A stretch of DNA of 64,000 nucleotides from Squalus acanthias (GCA_030390025.1 CM059432.1:151034001-151098000), one strand, 5' to 3'. Numbered from the stretch's first letter, positions 36,274 through 48,939 are shown. Numbers and translations: made by a program. The notes: generated from the letters alone by a model not told the origin.

Positions 36274-37478
36274 GGCCTGTATTTTCCGATCAGAGGCTTC
36301 CTGCGTGCGGAGGCCTCCTATCGGAAAAAAATCTACGCTCTTACCTGAGGGTTCCCGAGGTCCGGACACTTCCGCTCCTGGGCCTCTCCACAGTTGAAAT
36401 GCGCAGGGCCCACGTATCCCAGGGGCGCAGGCGGTTCGCAAGCGTCCCTGGGATCACGTGGGCCAGGCCAGCCAATAGGAGAAGGGAATCTCCCTTCATA
36501 CTTTTGACAGATAGACCCGTCAAATATATGAATGGAGATCACCCCAGAAACACAGTAAAATATTAAATACATTTTTTTTAAAACCATCACGTTTTTAAAA
36601 TGAGTTAAAATGACATTAAATTAAATATTTTAAACAAAAATTTAATTTTTTGAAAAAAATAATTAAGGTTTTTTACGGGCCTAAAAATAAACTTACCTTT
36701 TTCAAAAATATTTTTACATAGAAACATAGAAACATAGAATCTAGGAGCAGGAGTAGGCCATTCGGCCCGTCGAGCCTGCTCCACCATTCAATACGATCAT
36801 GGCTGATCATCCAAATCCAGTACCCTGTCCCTGCTTTAATCCCCACAGTACACATATCCCACCCTACCCCCGTAACCCCACGTATTTAATTCCCCCTAAC
36901 ATATCCCATCCTATCCCCATAACCCCACATATTTAATCCCCCCCTAACACTAAGGGTCAATTTATCATAGCCAAATCAACCTAACCCGCACATTTTTGGA
37001 CTGTGGGAGGAAACCGGAGCACCCGGAGGAAACCCACGCAGACACGGGGAGAATGTGCAAACTCCACACAGACAGTCACCCGAGGTCAGATTCGAACCCG
37101 GGTCCCTGGCACTGTGAGGCACCAGTGCTAACCACTATGCCACCGTGTTGCCCTTTAAATTATAAATAAGTGAAAATTTATTTATTTTTTACTTTTTTTC
37201 AACTCTTATGCTGGTAAAAGCAGGCCTTACACGTGCTTTTACCAGGCGTAAGATTTCTAAGGGTTTTCTGCGGGCGGAGGTTGTGCAGAAAGCGGAACTC
37301 TCCCCCCGCAGAGGCCCTTCTCCAGGGCAGGCGGAGGATCTGTCAAGAGCATTCTTCACAGATCGGAAATGCCGGTTTTCAGTGCACGTGCTTCGCATGC
37401 CTGAAACCGGCAATTCTGATGTCCCTACGGGTGTGTACACAGCTCGTACCCACCCGTAGGGATCGGAATATACGGGCC
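36274..37478. mobile_element. Harbinger-type MITE hosting a SINE
   Basis: 18-bp TIR GGCCTGTATTTTCCGATC / GATCGGAATATACGGGCC; flanks CAT/ATG, so the TSD is ambiguous. Confidence 0.75.
36716..37153 (-). mobile_element. Full-length HE1-like V-SINE (tRNA head, V-domain, CR1-derived tail)
   Basis: A box TGGCATAGTGG; B box GGTTCGAATC; V-domain-like TGTGTGGAGTTTGCACATTCTCCCCGTG; CR1 3' stem-loop; (TTCTATGT)3. Confidence 0.85.
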
Positions 37479-38367
37479 ATGATCTTCATATTTGGAAGGC
37501 AGCAGAATAATTACGTTTCTATACCGAAGCCTAGGTTATAAACTGCCAAACAGATTTATTGAACATAAATGGATAAATGGACAAAGGACACAGCATCTAC
37601 AGTAGTTGCAGGCTCAATTGTACAAATATAATTATATAAAGGCAAGTTGTTGTAGTTGTTGTTGTTAATTATCCCTTCTCAGAAGGCAAAAAAGTAAGAG
37701 ACATATCTGCAGTTCCAATCTGCAATATAAACTTGACTGGACACAAATATTCCTGAATATTAATCTTCATGTGGTAGTTTGTTGCTGACCATCCATGGAG
37801 TGTCTCCGGCCTACCTGTCAATCTCTCTGATGAATTACCCAATCTGAATAAGACAGGCTGAGAAATACCTTTCAAAAACTGACAAGGAGAAGGAAAATTT
37901 AAATATGTGTCACTTAAACTCAAAAAGAGCTGTCAATCAAGCAAATATACAAATAACCTACAAGATACTAATATTCACACAAATGGCTTGGGTCCTCTCA
38001 TGAACATCTGGCCAATTACTTATTCTGGAGCTATTGTATGGGTCGGTTTCTGTGAGTGACCCCACATGTAGCATCACAAACCGAAAGAACCCAATACCAT
38101 CGTGAACAAAAGGATTGATTTTTTACCGTACCAGCTTCGCCTGGCCTCAAACATGAGAGGTGTATGGGGCCCATGTGAGTGCAATCTTCACACGGAACAT
38201 CCATCAGAGACTGTTGAAAATTAATGAACAGAACTGTAAGGAGTTCAGATCGTTTCTTGTTTTGAAACAGTTTATACATTGGATAAGTCAAGGTATCAGC
38301 ATTGGCTCACAAGTCACTATCGCCTCTAAATCAGAAGATTTTAAGTTTGAAGCCCCAGTTCCAGGAC

Positions 38368-38584
38368 AACTCACTGCGAGCAGCCGAGGAGGAGCCGAGC
38401 CGGGAACGGGGGAGAGGCCAGTAAATAAAGAGCGGGGTCGGAGAGGGGCCTGAACTCACTGCGAGCAGCCGAGGAGGAGCGGACCGAGCCGGGAACGGGG
38501 GAGAGGCCAGTAAATAAAGAGCGGGGTCGGAGAGGGGCCTGAACTCACTGTGAGGAGGAGCCAAGCCGGGAACGGGGGGAGAGG
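38368..38584 (+). promoter_or_regulatory. Tandem 85/89-bp 5' monomers (2.5 copies), putative promoter array
   Basis: Monomers start at 38368, 38453 and 38542; TAAATAAA lies 31 bp upstream of the second and third starts. Confidence 0.6.
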
Positions 38585-38824
38585 GAAAAATCCAGGAGTC
38601 CAAAAAACAAGGAGTGACATCACAGGAAAGCAGGGAAGTGATTGGTGGTCAGTATTTCTCTCTTTATCTTGGGCATTGGTTTAAATTAAGAGCCGGGATT
38701 AAAAACTAAAGTTCAAAAAGAGGGAGCTGATTGGTGAGTATCTTGTAAGTGTTTTTACTTGGCTTTCTTAAAGTTTTTTAAGTTTATTCCAGCTAGGTTA
38801 GTAAGTAGTCTGTTAAGTAGAGGT

Positions 38825-39766
38825 ATGGCAGGGCAGCTCATACCCGTGGAATGCACATCCTGTGCCATGTGGGAAATCCTGGACACCTCCCGTGGTCTGG
38901 ACGACCACATGTGCGGGAAGTGTCGCCAGCTACAGCAGCTCGAGCACCGGGTTACGGAGCTCGAGCGGCGGCTGCAGTCACTGCTGTGCATCCGCGAGGC
39001 TGAGAGCTACGTGGATAGCACGTTTCGGGAGCTGGTCACCTCGCAGCTTAAGAGTGTGCAGGCAGAGAGGGAATGGGTGACCGTCAGACAGAAGAGGAGG
39101 ACCAGGTAGGTAGTGCAGGAGTCCCCTGAGCCCATCTTGCTCACCGACCAGTATTCGGTGCTGAGTACTGGTGAGGGCGATGGGTCCTCTGGGGAGTGCA
39201 GCCAGAGCCAAGTCCACAGCACCATGGAAGGCTCAGCTGCACAGGCAGGGGGGAAGAGGAGAGGGAGAGCAATAGTGACAGGGGATTCAATAGTCAGGGG
39301 AGCAGACAGGCGTTTCTGCGGCCACAGACGTGACTCCAGGATAGTATGTTGCCTCCCTGGTTCCAGGGTCACTGAACGGCTGCAGGGCATTCTGAGGGGG
39401 GAGGGTGAACAGCCAGAGGTCGTGGTCCATATCGGTACCAACGACATAGGTAGGAAGAGGGACGAGGTCCTGCAGGCAGAGTTTAGGGAGCTAAGGAAGA
39501 GGTTAAAAAGCAGGACCTCAAAGGTAGTAATCTCCAGATTACTACCAGTGCCACGTGCTAGTGAGTACACAAATAGGGAGTTAGAGCAGATGAATGTGTG
39601 GCTGGACAGATGGTGTAGGAGGGAGGGCTTTAGATTCCTGAGGAATTGGAATCGTTTCTGGGGGAGGTGGGACCTCTACAAGCCAGACGGGTTGCACCTC
39701 AATGGGAACGGGACCAATATCCTCGCGGGAGGGTTTGCTAGTGCTGTTGGGGAGGGTTTAAACTAG
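38825..39766 (+). pseudogene. CR1 ORF1 (zinc finger, coiled coil, SGNH esterase); one in-frame TAG at 39107
   Basis: CTSCAMW..HMCGKC; GDSIVR, HIGTND, DGLHLN; ends GLN*. Confidence 0.92.
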
Positions 39767-42709
39767 CTTGGCAGGGGGATGGGATCCTAAGTATAGAGTC
39801 AATAGGGAGGGAAGAAAAACTGGAATTGGAAAACAAAAATGTAGAAAGTAAATTGGTAGGACAGAGGAATCAAGGGCTAGATAGTAGTCAACAAGGAGGC
39901 TTGCCTGTACTAAATGGTATATACTTCAATGCAAGGAGTATAGCGAACAAGGCAGATGAGCTGAGGGCACAGGTAGATACTTGGGACTATGATATTATAG
40001 CTATTACAGAGACGTGGCTGAAAGAGGGGCAGGTATGGCAGCTCAACATTCCTGGTTACAGGATTTTCAGACAGGATAGAGAGGGAGGTAGAAAGGGAGG
40101 GGGGTTCGCGGTATTGATTAAAGAAACTATTACAGCTGTGAGGAGGGATGATATGTTGGAGGGATCATCAAACGAGGCCATATGGGTCGAATTGAAAAAC
40201 AAAAAAGGGGCGATCACACTGCTGGGAGTGTACTACAGACCCCCAAACAGTGAGAGGGAGATAGAAGAACAAATATGTAGACACATTTCTGAGAAGTGCA
40301 AAAACTATAGGGCAGTAATAGTAGGGGATTTCAACTACCCCAACAGTAACTGGGATAAAATTAGTGTGAAGGGTATAGAGGGTGCGGAATTCCTAAAATG
40401 CATCCTGGAGAACTTTTTTAGTCAGTGTGCAGCAAGCCCAACAAGGGAGGGTGTGGTTCTGGACTTAGTTTTAGGGAATGAAGCTGGGCAGGTAGAAGGC
40501 GTATCAGTGGGGGAGCATTTTGGTGCTAGTGACCATAATTCTGTTAGATTTAAGGTAGTTATGGAAAAGGACAAGGATAGACCAGGAATAAAAATTCTAA
40601 ATTGGGGAAAAGCAAATTTTTCTAAGTTCAGAGGGGATTTAGCCATAGTGGACTGGAAACAGCTACTTGAAGGTAAATCAGTGTCAGAGCAGTGGGAGGC
40701 ATTCAAGGAGGAGATCCGGAGGGTTCAGACCAAATATGTGCCCTTAAAGAAAAAAGGTGGGACTAACAAATCTAGAGCCCCCTGGATGTCTAGGGACATA
40801 CAGAGTAGGATAAAGAAAAAAAGGGAGGCGTATGACAGATACCGAGGGCTAAATACTCCAGAATCTTTAGAGAAGTACAGAAAGTGCAGGGGTGCAATTA
40901 AAAAGGATATTAGGAAAGCAAAGGGAGAGCTTGAAAATTTTCAAGGCAAGTAAAATCAAGGAAAACCCAAAGATGTTTTATAAATATATTAAGAGTAAGA
41001 GGATAACTAAAGAAAGGGTAGGGCCTATTAGAGATCATGAGGGTAATCTGTGTGGAGGCGGGAGACGTCGGTAGGGTTCTTAATGAATACTTTGCGTCTG
41101 TTTTCACAAAGGAGAGGGGCGAAGCAGACATTGCTATCGGGGGGAGGAGTGTGAAATATTAGATGAAATAAACATAGTGAGAGGAAGTATTAAGGGGTTT
41201 AGCAGCTTTAAAAGTGGATAAATCCCCAGACTCGAATGAAATGTATCCCAGGCTGTTAAGCGAAGCAAAAGAGGAAATAGCAGAGGCCCCGACCATCATT
41301 TTTCAATCCTCTCTGGCTTCAGGTGTGGTGCCGAAGGACTGGAGGACTGCTAATGTGGTACCCTTGTTTAAAAAGGGAGAAAAGGATAGGCCGAGTAATT
41401 ACAGGCCAGTCATCCTAACCTCGGTGGTGGGAAAATTATTGGAAAGAATTCTGAAGGACAGGATAAATCTTCATTTAGAAAGACACGGATTAATCAATGA
41501 TAGTCAGCACGGATTTGTTAATGGAAGGTCGTGTCTGACAAACTTGATTGAATTTTTTGAGGGGGTAACAAGGAGGGTAGATGAGGGTAGTGCATTTGAT
41601 GTAGTATATATGGACATTAGCAAGACTTTTGATAAGGTTCCACGTGGCAGACTGGTCACGAAGTTAAAAGCCCATGGGATCCAGGGCAAAGTGTCAAGTT
41701 GAATTCAAAACTGGCTCAGAGACAGGAAGCAGAGGGTAATGGTTGATGGGTGTTTTTGTGACTGGAAGGCTGTTTCCAGTGGGGTTCCGCAAGGCTCAGT
41801 ACTAGGTCCCTTGCTTTTTGTGGTATAAATCAATGATCTAGACTTGAATATAGGGGGTATGATTAAGAAGTTTGCAGATGATACTAAAATCAGCTGTGTG
41901 GTTGATACTGAAGAAGGAAGCTGTAGACTGCAGGAAGATATCAATAAATTGGTCAGGTGGGCAGAACAGTGGCAAATGGAATTCAATCCGGAGAAGTGTG
42001 AGGTAATGCATTTGGGGAGGGCTAACAAGGAAAGGGAATACACATTAAATGGTAGGACACTGAGTAGTGTAGAGGAACAAAGGGACCTTGGAGTGCATGT
42101 CCACAGATCCTGAAGGTAGCAGGCCAGGTAGATAAGGTGGTTAAGAAGGCATACGGAATGCTTGCCTTTATTAGCCATGGCATAGAATACAAGAGCAGGG
42201 GGGTCATGCTTCAACTGTATAAAACACTAGTTAGGCCTCAGCTAGAGTACTGCATGCAGTTCTGGTCACCACATTACAGGAAAGATGTGATTGCACTAGA
42301 GAGGGTACAGAGGAGATTTACAAGGATGTTGCCGGGAGTAGAGAATCTTAGCTATGAGGAAAGACTGGATAGGCTGGGTCTGTTTTCCTTGGAACAGAGG
42401 AGGCTGAGGGGAGACCTTATTGAGGTGTATAGAATTATGAGGGGCATAGATAAAGTGGATAGAAAGGACCTATTTCCCTTAGCAGTGGGGTCAAAAACCA
42501 GGGGGCACAGATTTAAAGTAATTGGTGGATGGTTTAGAGGGGATTTGAGGGGAAATTTCTTCACCCAGAGCGTTGTGGGGGTCTGGAACTCACTGCCTGA
42601 AAGGATGGTAGAGGCAGGAACCCTAACCACATTTAAAAAGTACTTGGATGTGCACTTGGGATGCTGTAACCTGCAGGGCTACGGACCAAGAGCTGGGAAG
42701 TGGGTTTAG
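39757..42709 (+). pseudogene. CR1 ORF2 (APE + RT), several frameshifts and stops
   Basis: YFNARSI, ITETWL, GDFNYP, SDH, NYRPV.LTS, FADD; frame is open from the ORF1-overlapping TTTAAAC. Confidence 0.92.
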
Positions 42710-43554
42710 GCTGGATAGCTCTTTGTTGGCCAGCGCGGACACAATGGGCCGAAATGGCCTCCTTCCATGCTGTACCTTTCTATGATTCTATGACAGGAGT
42801 ACATACTCTAGCTGACCTTTCAATACAGTACTGAGGAAGTGCTGTCTTTTGGACGAGACATTGGACTAGAAATTGGTTTAGGCCTGTTTTCAGGCCTGAA
42901 ATAGGCGCCGCACTCAGACACTCAAGATCCTATGGCATTATTTTGAAGGTGCCCTGGCCAGTTATCTCTCAACCAATATCTAAAAACAGATTATCTGGTC
43001 ATTATCACACTGCTGTTTGTTGGACTTTGCTGTGCGCAAATTGGTTGCTGCATTTCCTATGTTACATAAATGATTACCATCAAAAAGTACTTCATTGGCT
43101 GTAAAATGCTTTGGGGGCAAAATTCCCTTTGTTCGGGGCGCGAATGGCTTTGACCTCCCCCCCCCCCCCCCCAAGGGCAATAACCGTGCCTCCCGCAAAA
43201 TTCCGCGGATGTTAGCGGCAGAGCGTCGCGATCTTCTGCGCCCGGAGATTATGACGTCATCTCCGGGCGCAGCGCCCCGGAAAAAAAATTCGCCATTACG
43301 CCCCGCAGCAGCGCCGAGCGGTGTTACCGACTACTGCAGGGGGTCGCAAACACTGAGGTCGATCACTCGCGGGGCACAACTTAAAGGCGCGGTGGGCGGC
43401 CGACCAAAAAAAAATCTGCCGATCTTTTTTAATATTTATTTTCGGCCATCAGTCGCGGCGTCCGTACCACGATCGGTCAGCACTCTGCATGGGTGCCGGG
43501 CTGATCGCGCGGCACTCCCGCTCCCCAGTGGCCCACATATCTAAAAAAAACTGT

Positions 43555-43685
43555 ACCTGTACCTGAAGAAGGAGCAGAGCTCCGAAAGCTCGTAATTTTA
43601 AATAAAACTGTTGGACTATAACCTGGTGTTGTGCGACTTCTCATTTTTGTCCACCCCAGTCCAACACCGGCATCTCCGCATCATG
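43555..43685 (+). mobile_element. Solo Penelope terminal-repeat fragment inserted in the MITE
   Basis: Reverse-complement match to 456-470 + 1747-1819, plus an extra 3' segment; flanked by A-runs. Confidence 0.8.
43560..43594 (+). ncRNA. Minimal type I hammerhead ribozyme (second copy)
   Basis: UAC-CUGAAGA-A-GGAGC-AGA-GCUCC-GAAA-GC-UC-GUA. Confidence 0.72.
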
Positions 43686-45221
43686 AAAAATAATCCCACA
43701 GAGCTCACAGCGTGGGGTCTGTCCCTTTAATGCAGGGAAGAGCCCTGCAATGTGGCAGTGCCACGCTTGGCCACTTGTGGCGCTGCTGAGCACTTCGCCC
43801 CGGATCGGGACATTCCCCGTCTCTCGCGCTCCAAGAGGCAAGGGGAGCGCTTGAATTAGCGCGCCACTTCCCTCTTGGAAGAAAAAATGGCAATTTAACT
43901 ATTGTTTGAAAAGATTAGCGCCTGGGGTGCCCCAAACGACCCTCGAGGGGAATTTCACCCCCTTTGTGCTGTCCTGAGGTGATGAAAGGTGCTATATAAA
44001 TGCAAGTCTTTCTTTTATCTATCTGGATAAAACACAAGCTTGAATACTCTTTGACAAAATATTTGTCTAAACAACAAGGTTTATCTGCATAACTGGTAAT
44101 ATTCTATTGGCTGGTGCAGAGTCGTACTTAAGCCTTATCGATCCCTTCAGCAACAGCACACTCCTTTCTCTTTTCCAGTATCTCCTTGACATTCAATGGG
44201 CCTTTACTTTGTGGCATATGTTTTCTTCTCTGAAGCAAATGTATGAGGACAACCTTGAAGATCTAGTGGCTGACGAGGAGGTAAGAAGGAGGAGGAGACA
44301 ATTTCTGTGCTGGAGAGGATGAGACTCTGTCAATGGTCACGCACTGTGAAAGAATGATAGATATCTTCTTGCGCAAGCCTTGGTCTGACAACCACTGGGT
44401 AAAAGGTACCTTGGTAGACCAGGGTATATGTGGTTGAGAGGTATAAACACAGACAAAGTGCCAAGAAAAGTCTAAGATGGAAATGGATAGTCTCATTTCA
44501 TTACTATCCTATGGAACATCTGAAGTGCATGGATGATTAAGTATGTGCTCTTTGTTAATTTCTGTTTTCTGATTTAACTGGCTTCATTAAAGCTCATCTA
44601 GATGTTAGTCAAGCATCTTCTTTATTGACCAATTATTCATCAGCAAACCTAAGGCCGTGAAATGTTCTTCCATTGACCTTGATTCCAAGCTTATGCGTGC
44701 AATGATAATATTGAAGAAGTCTAAAAGCTGGATCTGCCCTTAGTATGTATTCTTCCTCATTGCATCGCCTGATCATGTGATTGTTTAATTTAGATGGAAT
44801 TCAGTAGCAATGAGGATTTCCAGAGAGGCCTGTATGCCATACTATAGAGAAGGCTTTGCTGAACTTCATGAAATGATTAATCACGTTTACGCTTTGATGT
44901 TCCAGTACCTTTTATGCTATTAGTTTATTGGTCAAATTAAAAGATTTTATACAAAACTGAAGTGGCACTGACACCAATCTAATTTGAATCTGCTTTCATG
45001 ACAGTCTATGTTTAGCACGACGGGGGCAGAGGAGATGTTCCTGCAATTTGACGTCATAGTAAGTTGATGCTGACTATTTCGATATTAAATTTGAAACTCA
45101 AATAGCTTGGAACATCAGAACAAAGAAAGGCAGCATAGATACTGACCCTGGGAAAATAGATATTTAATTACCATTTAACTTGTTGCTAATATTTTTTTGA
45201 CTAGTAACTGGCAGAGTTTGA

Positions 45222-47250
45222 TTATTTTTTTAAATTCGTTTATGGGATGTAGGCGTCGCTGGCAAGGCCGGCATTTATTGCCCATCCCACATTGCCCTCG
45301 AGAAGGTGGTGGTGAGCCGCCTCTTGAACCGCTGCAGTCCGTGTGGTGATGGTACTCCCACAGTGCTGTTAGGGAGGGAGTTCCAGGATTTTGGCCCAGC
45401 GACGATGAAGGATCAGCAATATACTTCTAAGTCAGGATGGTGTGTGACTTGGAGGGGAACTTGGAGGTGGTGGTGTTCCCATGCGCCTGCTGCCCTTGTC
45501 CTTCTAGGTGGAAGAGGTCGCGTGTTTGGGAGGTGCAGCCGAAGAAGCCTTGGCGAGTTGCTGCTGTGCATCTTGTAGATGGTACACACTGCAGCCACGG
45601 TACGCTGGTGGTGGAGGGAGTGAATGTTTAAGGTGGTGGATGGGGTGCTAATCAAGCGGGCTGCTTTGTCCTGGATGGTGTCGAGCTTCTTGAGTGTTAT
45701 TGGAGCTGCACTCATCCAGGCAAGTGGAGTGTATTCCATCACACTCCTGACTTGTAGATGGTGGAAAGGCTTTGGGGAGTCAGGAGGTGAGACACTCGCT
45801 GTAGAATACCCAGCCTCTGACCTGCTCTTGTAGCCACAGTATTTATGTGGCTGGTCTATTTAAGTTTCTGGTCAATGGTGACCCCCAGGATGTTGATGGT
45901 GGGGGATTCGACAATGGTAATGCCGTTGAATGTCAAGGAGTGTTGGTTAGACTCTTGCTTGTTGGGGATAGTGGAGAATTTTCCCCCGATTCCCATTGAC
46001 TTCAATTTTACTAGGGCTCCTTGATGCCACACTTGGTCAATTGCTGCCTTGATGTCAAAGGCAGTCACTCTCCCCTCACCTCTGAATTCAGCTCCTTTGT
46101 CCATGTTTGGACCAAGGCTGTAATGAGGTCGGGAGCCGATTGGTCCTGGCGGAACCCAAACTGAGCATCGGTGAGAAGGTTATTGGTGAGTAAGTGCCGC
46201 TTGATAGCACTGTCGATGACACCTTCCATCACTTTGCTGATGATTGAGAGTAGCCTGATGTGGTGGTAATTGGCCGGATTGAATTTGTCCTGCTTTGTGT
46301 GAATAGGACATACCTGGGCAGTTTTCCACTTTGTCAGGTAGATGACAGTGTTGCAGCTGTACTGGAAGAGCTTGGCTAGAGGTGCGGCTAGTTCTGGAGC
46401 ACAAGTCTTCAGCACTGCAGCTGGGTTGTTCTTGTGCCCATAGCCTTTGCTGTATCCAGTGCGCTCAGCCATTTCGTGGTATCAGGTGGAGGGAATCGAA
46501 TTGGCTGAAGACTGGCTTTTGTGATATTGGGGTCCTCGGGAGGTTTCCTTGTCCATTTTTGACCTGTTGACATGAGATTTCGTGGGGTCCGGAGTCAATG
46601 TTGAGGACTCTTGCAGCCACTCCCTCCCGACTGTATCCCACTGTGCCGCCACCTCTGGTGGGTCTGTTCTGCCGGTGGGACAGGACATACCCAGGGATGG
46701 TGATGGAGGAATATGGGACGTTGGCTCAAAGTTATGATTCCATGAGTATGACTACATCAGGCTGTTGCTTGACTAGCTTGTGGGACAGCTCTCCCAATTT
46801 TGACACAAGTCCCCAGATGATAGTGAGGTGACTTTACAGGGTCGACTGGGCTGGGTGTGCCTTTGGCGTGTCCGAATCCGGTGCCGAGGTCGATGCCGGG
46901 TCGTCCATCCGCTTTTATTCTTGTTACACTTTCTCGTAACAGTACAACATTTCAGAGGGCAGTTAAGAGTCAACCACATTGCTGTGGGTCTGGAGTCATC
47001 TAGGCCAGACCAGGTAAGGACGGCAGATTTCCTTCACTAAAGGACATTAACGAACCAGATGGGTTTTTACGACAATCTGATAGTTTTATTGTCACCATTA
47101 CTGATACTAGCTTTTTATTCCAGATTTACTTAATTAACTGAATTTAAATTCCCCAGCTGCCGTGGTGGGATTTGAACTCTCGTCTCTGGATCATTAGTTC
47201 GGGTTTCTGGATTAATAGTCCAGTAAAATAACCACTATGCTACCATACCG
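45222..47250 (-). mobile_element. tRNA-headed ORF1-less LINE (copy 2, internally deleted)
   Basis: A box TAGCATAGTGG 47242-47232; B box GTTCAAATC 47177-47169; APE/RT pieces; same 3' tail as copy 1. Confidence 0.9.
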
Positions 47251-47289
47251 ATTCTTACTGAAAGAAGCAAGAGAGAAGGAAGGTTGTTG

Positions 47290-48612
47290 AACAACAACAA
47301 CAACTTGTATTTATATAGCGCCTTTAACATAGTAAAACGTCCCAAGGCGCTGCACAGGGGCGATTATAAGACAAAAAATTTGACACCGAGCCACATGAGG
47401 ATAAATTAGGGCCGGTGACCAAAAGCTCAGTCAAAGAGGTAGGTTTTAAGAAGCGTCTTAAAGGAGAAAAGAGAGGTAGTGAGGTGGACAGGTTCAGGGA
47501 GGGAATTCCAGAGCTTAGGGCCTCGGCAACAGAAGGCACGGCCACCAATGGTTGAGCGATTATAATCAGGGATGTTCAAAAGGGCAGAATTAGAGGAGCG
47601 CAGATATCTCAGGGGGTTGTGGGGCTGAAGGAGATTACAGAGATAGGAAGGGGCGAGGCCATGGAGGGATTTGAAAACTATGATGAGAATTTTGAAATCG
47701 AGGCATTGCTTAACCGGAAGCCAATGTAGGTCAGAGAGCACAGGGGGTGATGGGCGAACGGGACTTGGTGCGAGTTAGGACACGGGCAGCCGAGTTTTGG
47801 ATGACCTCAAGTTTACGTAGGGTATAATGTGGGAGGCCAGCCAGGAGTGCGTTGGAATAGTCAAGTCTAGTGGTAACAAAGGCATGGATGAGGGTTTCAG
47901 CAGTGGAATAGCTGAGGCAAGGGCGGAGACGGGCGATGTTATGGAGGTGAAAATAGGCGGTCTTTGTTATGCTGCGGATATGTGGTCGGAAGCTCATTTC
48001 AGGGTCAAATATGACACCAAGGTTGCGAACAGTGTGGTTCAGCCTCAGACCGATGTTAGGGAGAGGGATGGAGTCAGTGACTAGGGAACGGAGTTTGTGG
48101 CGGGGACCGAAAACAATGGCTTCGGTCTTCCCAATATTTAATTGGAGAAAATTTTTGCTCATCCAGAACTATATGTCGGACAAGCAGTCTGACAATTTAG
48201 AGACCGTGGAGGGGTCGAGAGAAGAAGTAGTGAGGTAGAGCTGGGTGTCGTCAGCGTACATGTGGAAACTGTGTTTTCGGATGATGTCGCCAAGGGGCAA
48301 CATGTAGATGAGAAATAGGAGGGGGCCAAGGATAGATCCTTGGGGGACACCAGAGGTAAAGATGTGGGAGCAGGAAGAGAAGCCGTTGCAGGTGATTCTC
48401 TGGTTATGATTAGATATAAGAATGGAATCAGGCGAGTGCAGTCCCTCCCAGCTGGACGACGGTGGAGAAGGATGGAGTGGTCAACCGTGTCAAAGACTGC
48501 AGACAGGTCGAGAAGGACGAGGAGGGATAGTTTACCTTTGTCACAATCACAAAGGATGTCATTTGTGACTTTGATGAGAGCCATTTCGGTACTGTGGCAA
48601 GGGCAGAAACCT
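47290..48612 (-). mobile_element. L2 LINE, 5'-truncated
   Basis: [19 protein letters not shown]-type motif, LNIGKTEAI, RLDYSNALL, LHWLPV; (AAC)n tail. Confidence 0.93.
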
Positions 48613-48939
48613 GAAGACTATTAGATCACGGGAGGCTTCACCACAAGTGGCTACTGAGACAGAGAATGGTGGATTACAGGAGAGAGTGCCAGTAACGACA
48701 CAGGCTAAATGGCTTCATCCTGTGCTCTACTTTCTATCATTCTATGAAAACTCTCCTTTATTGAGTCCGAGCCCAGGGAGTGGTTTAGAAGTGTTGGTGC
48801 TGACTGAGTTTAGTACAACTTGCCCTGTGTCCCAAACACTGAGCCCTTTGTGCGGTCTCTCGGTTTGGCTTAGGTTGATTTGTTTCGCCTGGTTTTGACG
48901 TGTCATGTCCAAGTACAGATCAGCTCTAACTGAGCCTCC

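Larger units (their letters stand above)
38368..42792 (+). mobile_element. Full-length CR1 (family B)
   Basis: Monomeric 5' UTR, ORF1, ORF2 (APE+RT), tail TTCTATGATTCTATG; possible TSD GACA. Confidence 0.95.
43113..43962. mobile_element. Harbinger-type MITE
   Basis: TIR GGGGGCAAAATTCCC / GGGAATTTCACCCCC; TSD TTT (43110-43112, 43963-43965). Confidence 0.85.
38300..44015 (+). mobile_element. Deu-type SINE split by a full-length CR1 and by MITE(s)
   Basis: Head 38300-38367, body 42793-43112, tail 43963-44015. Confidence 0.6.
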
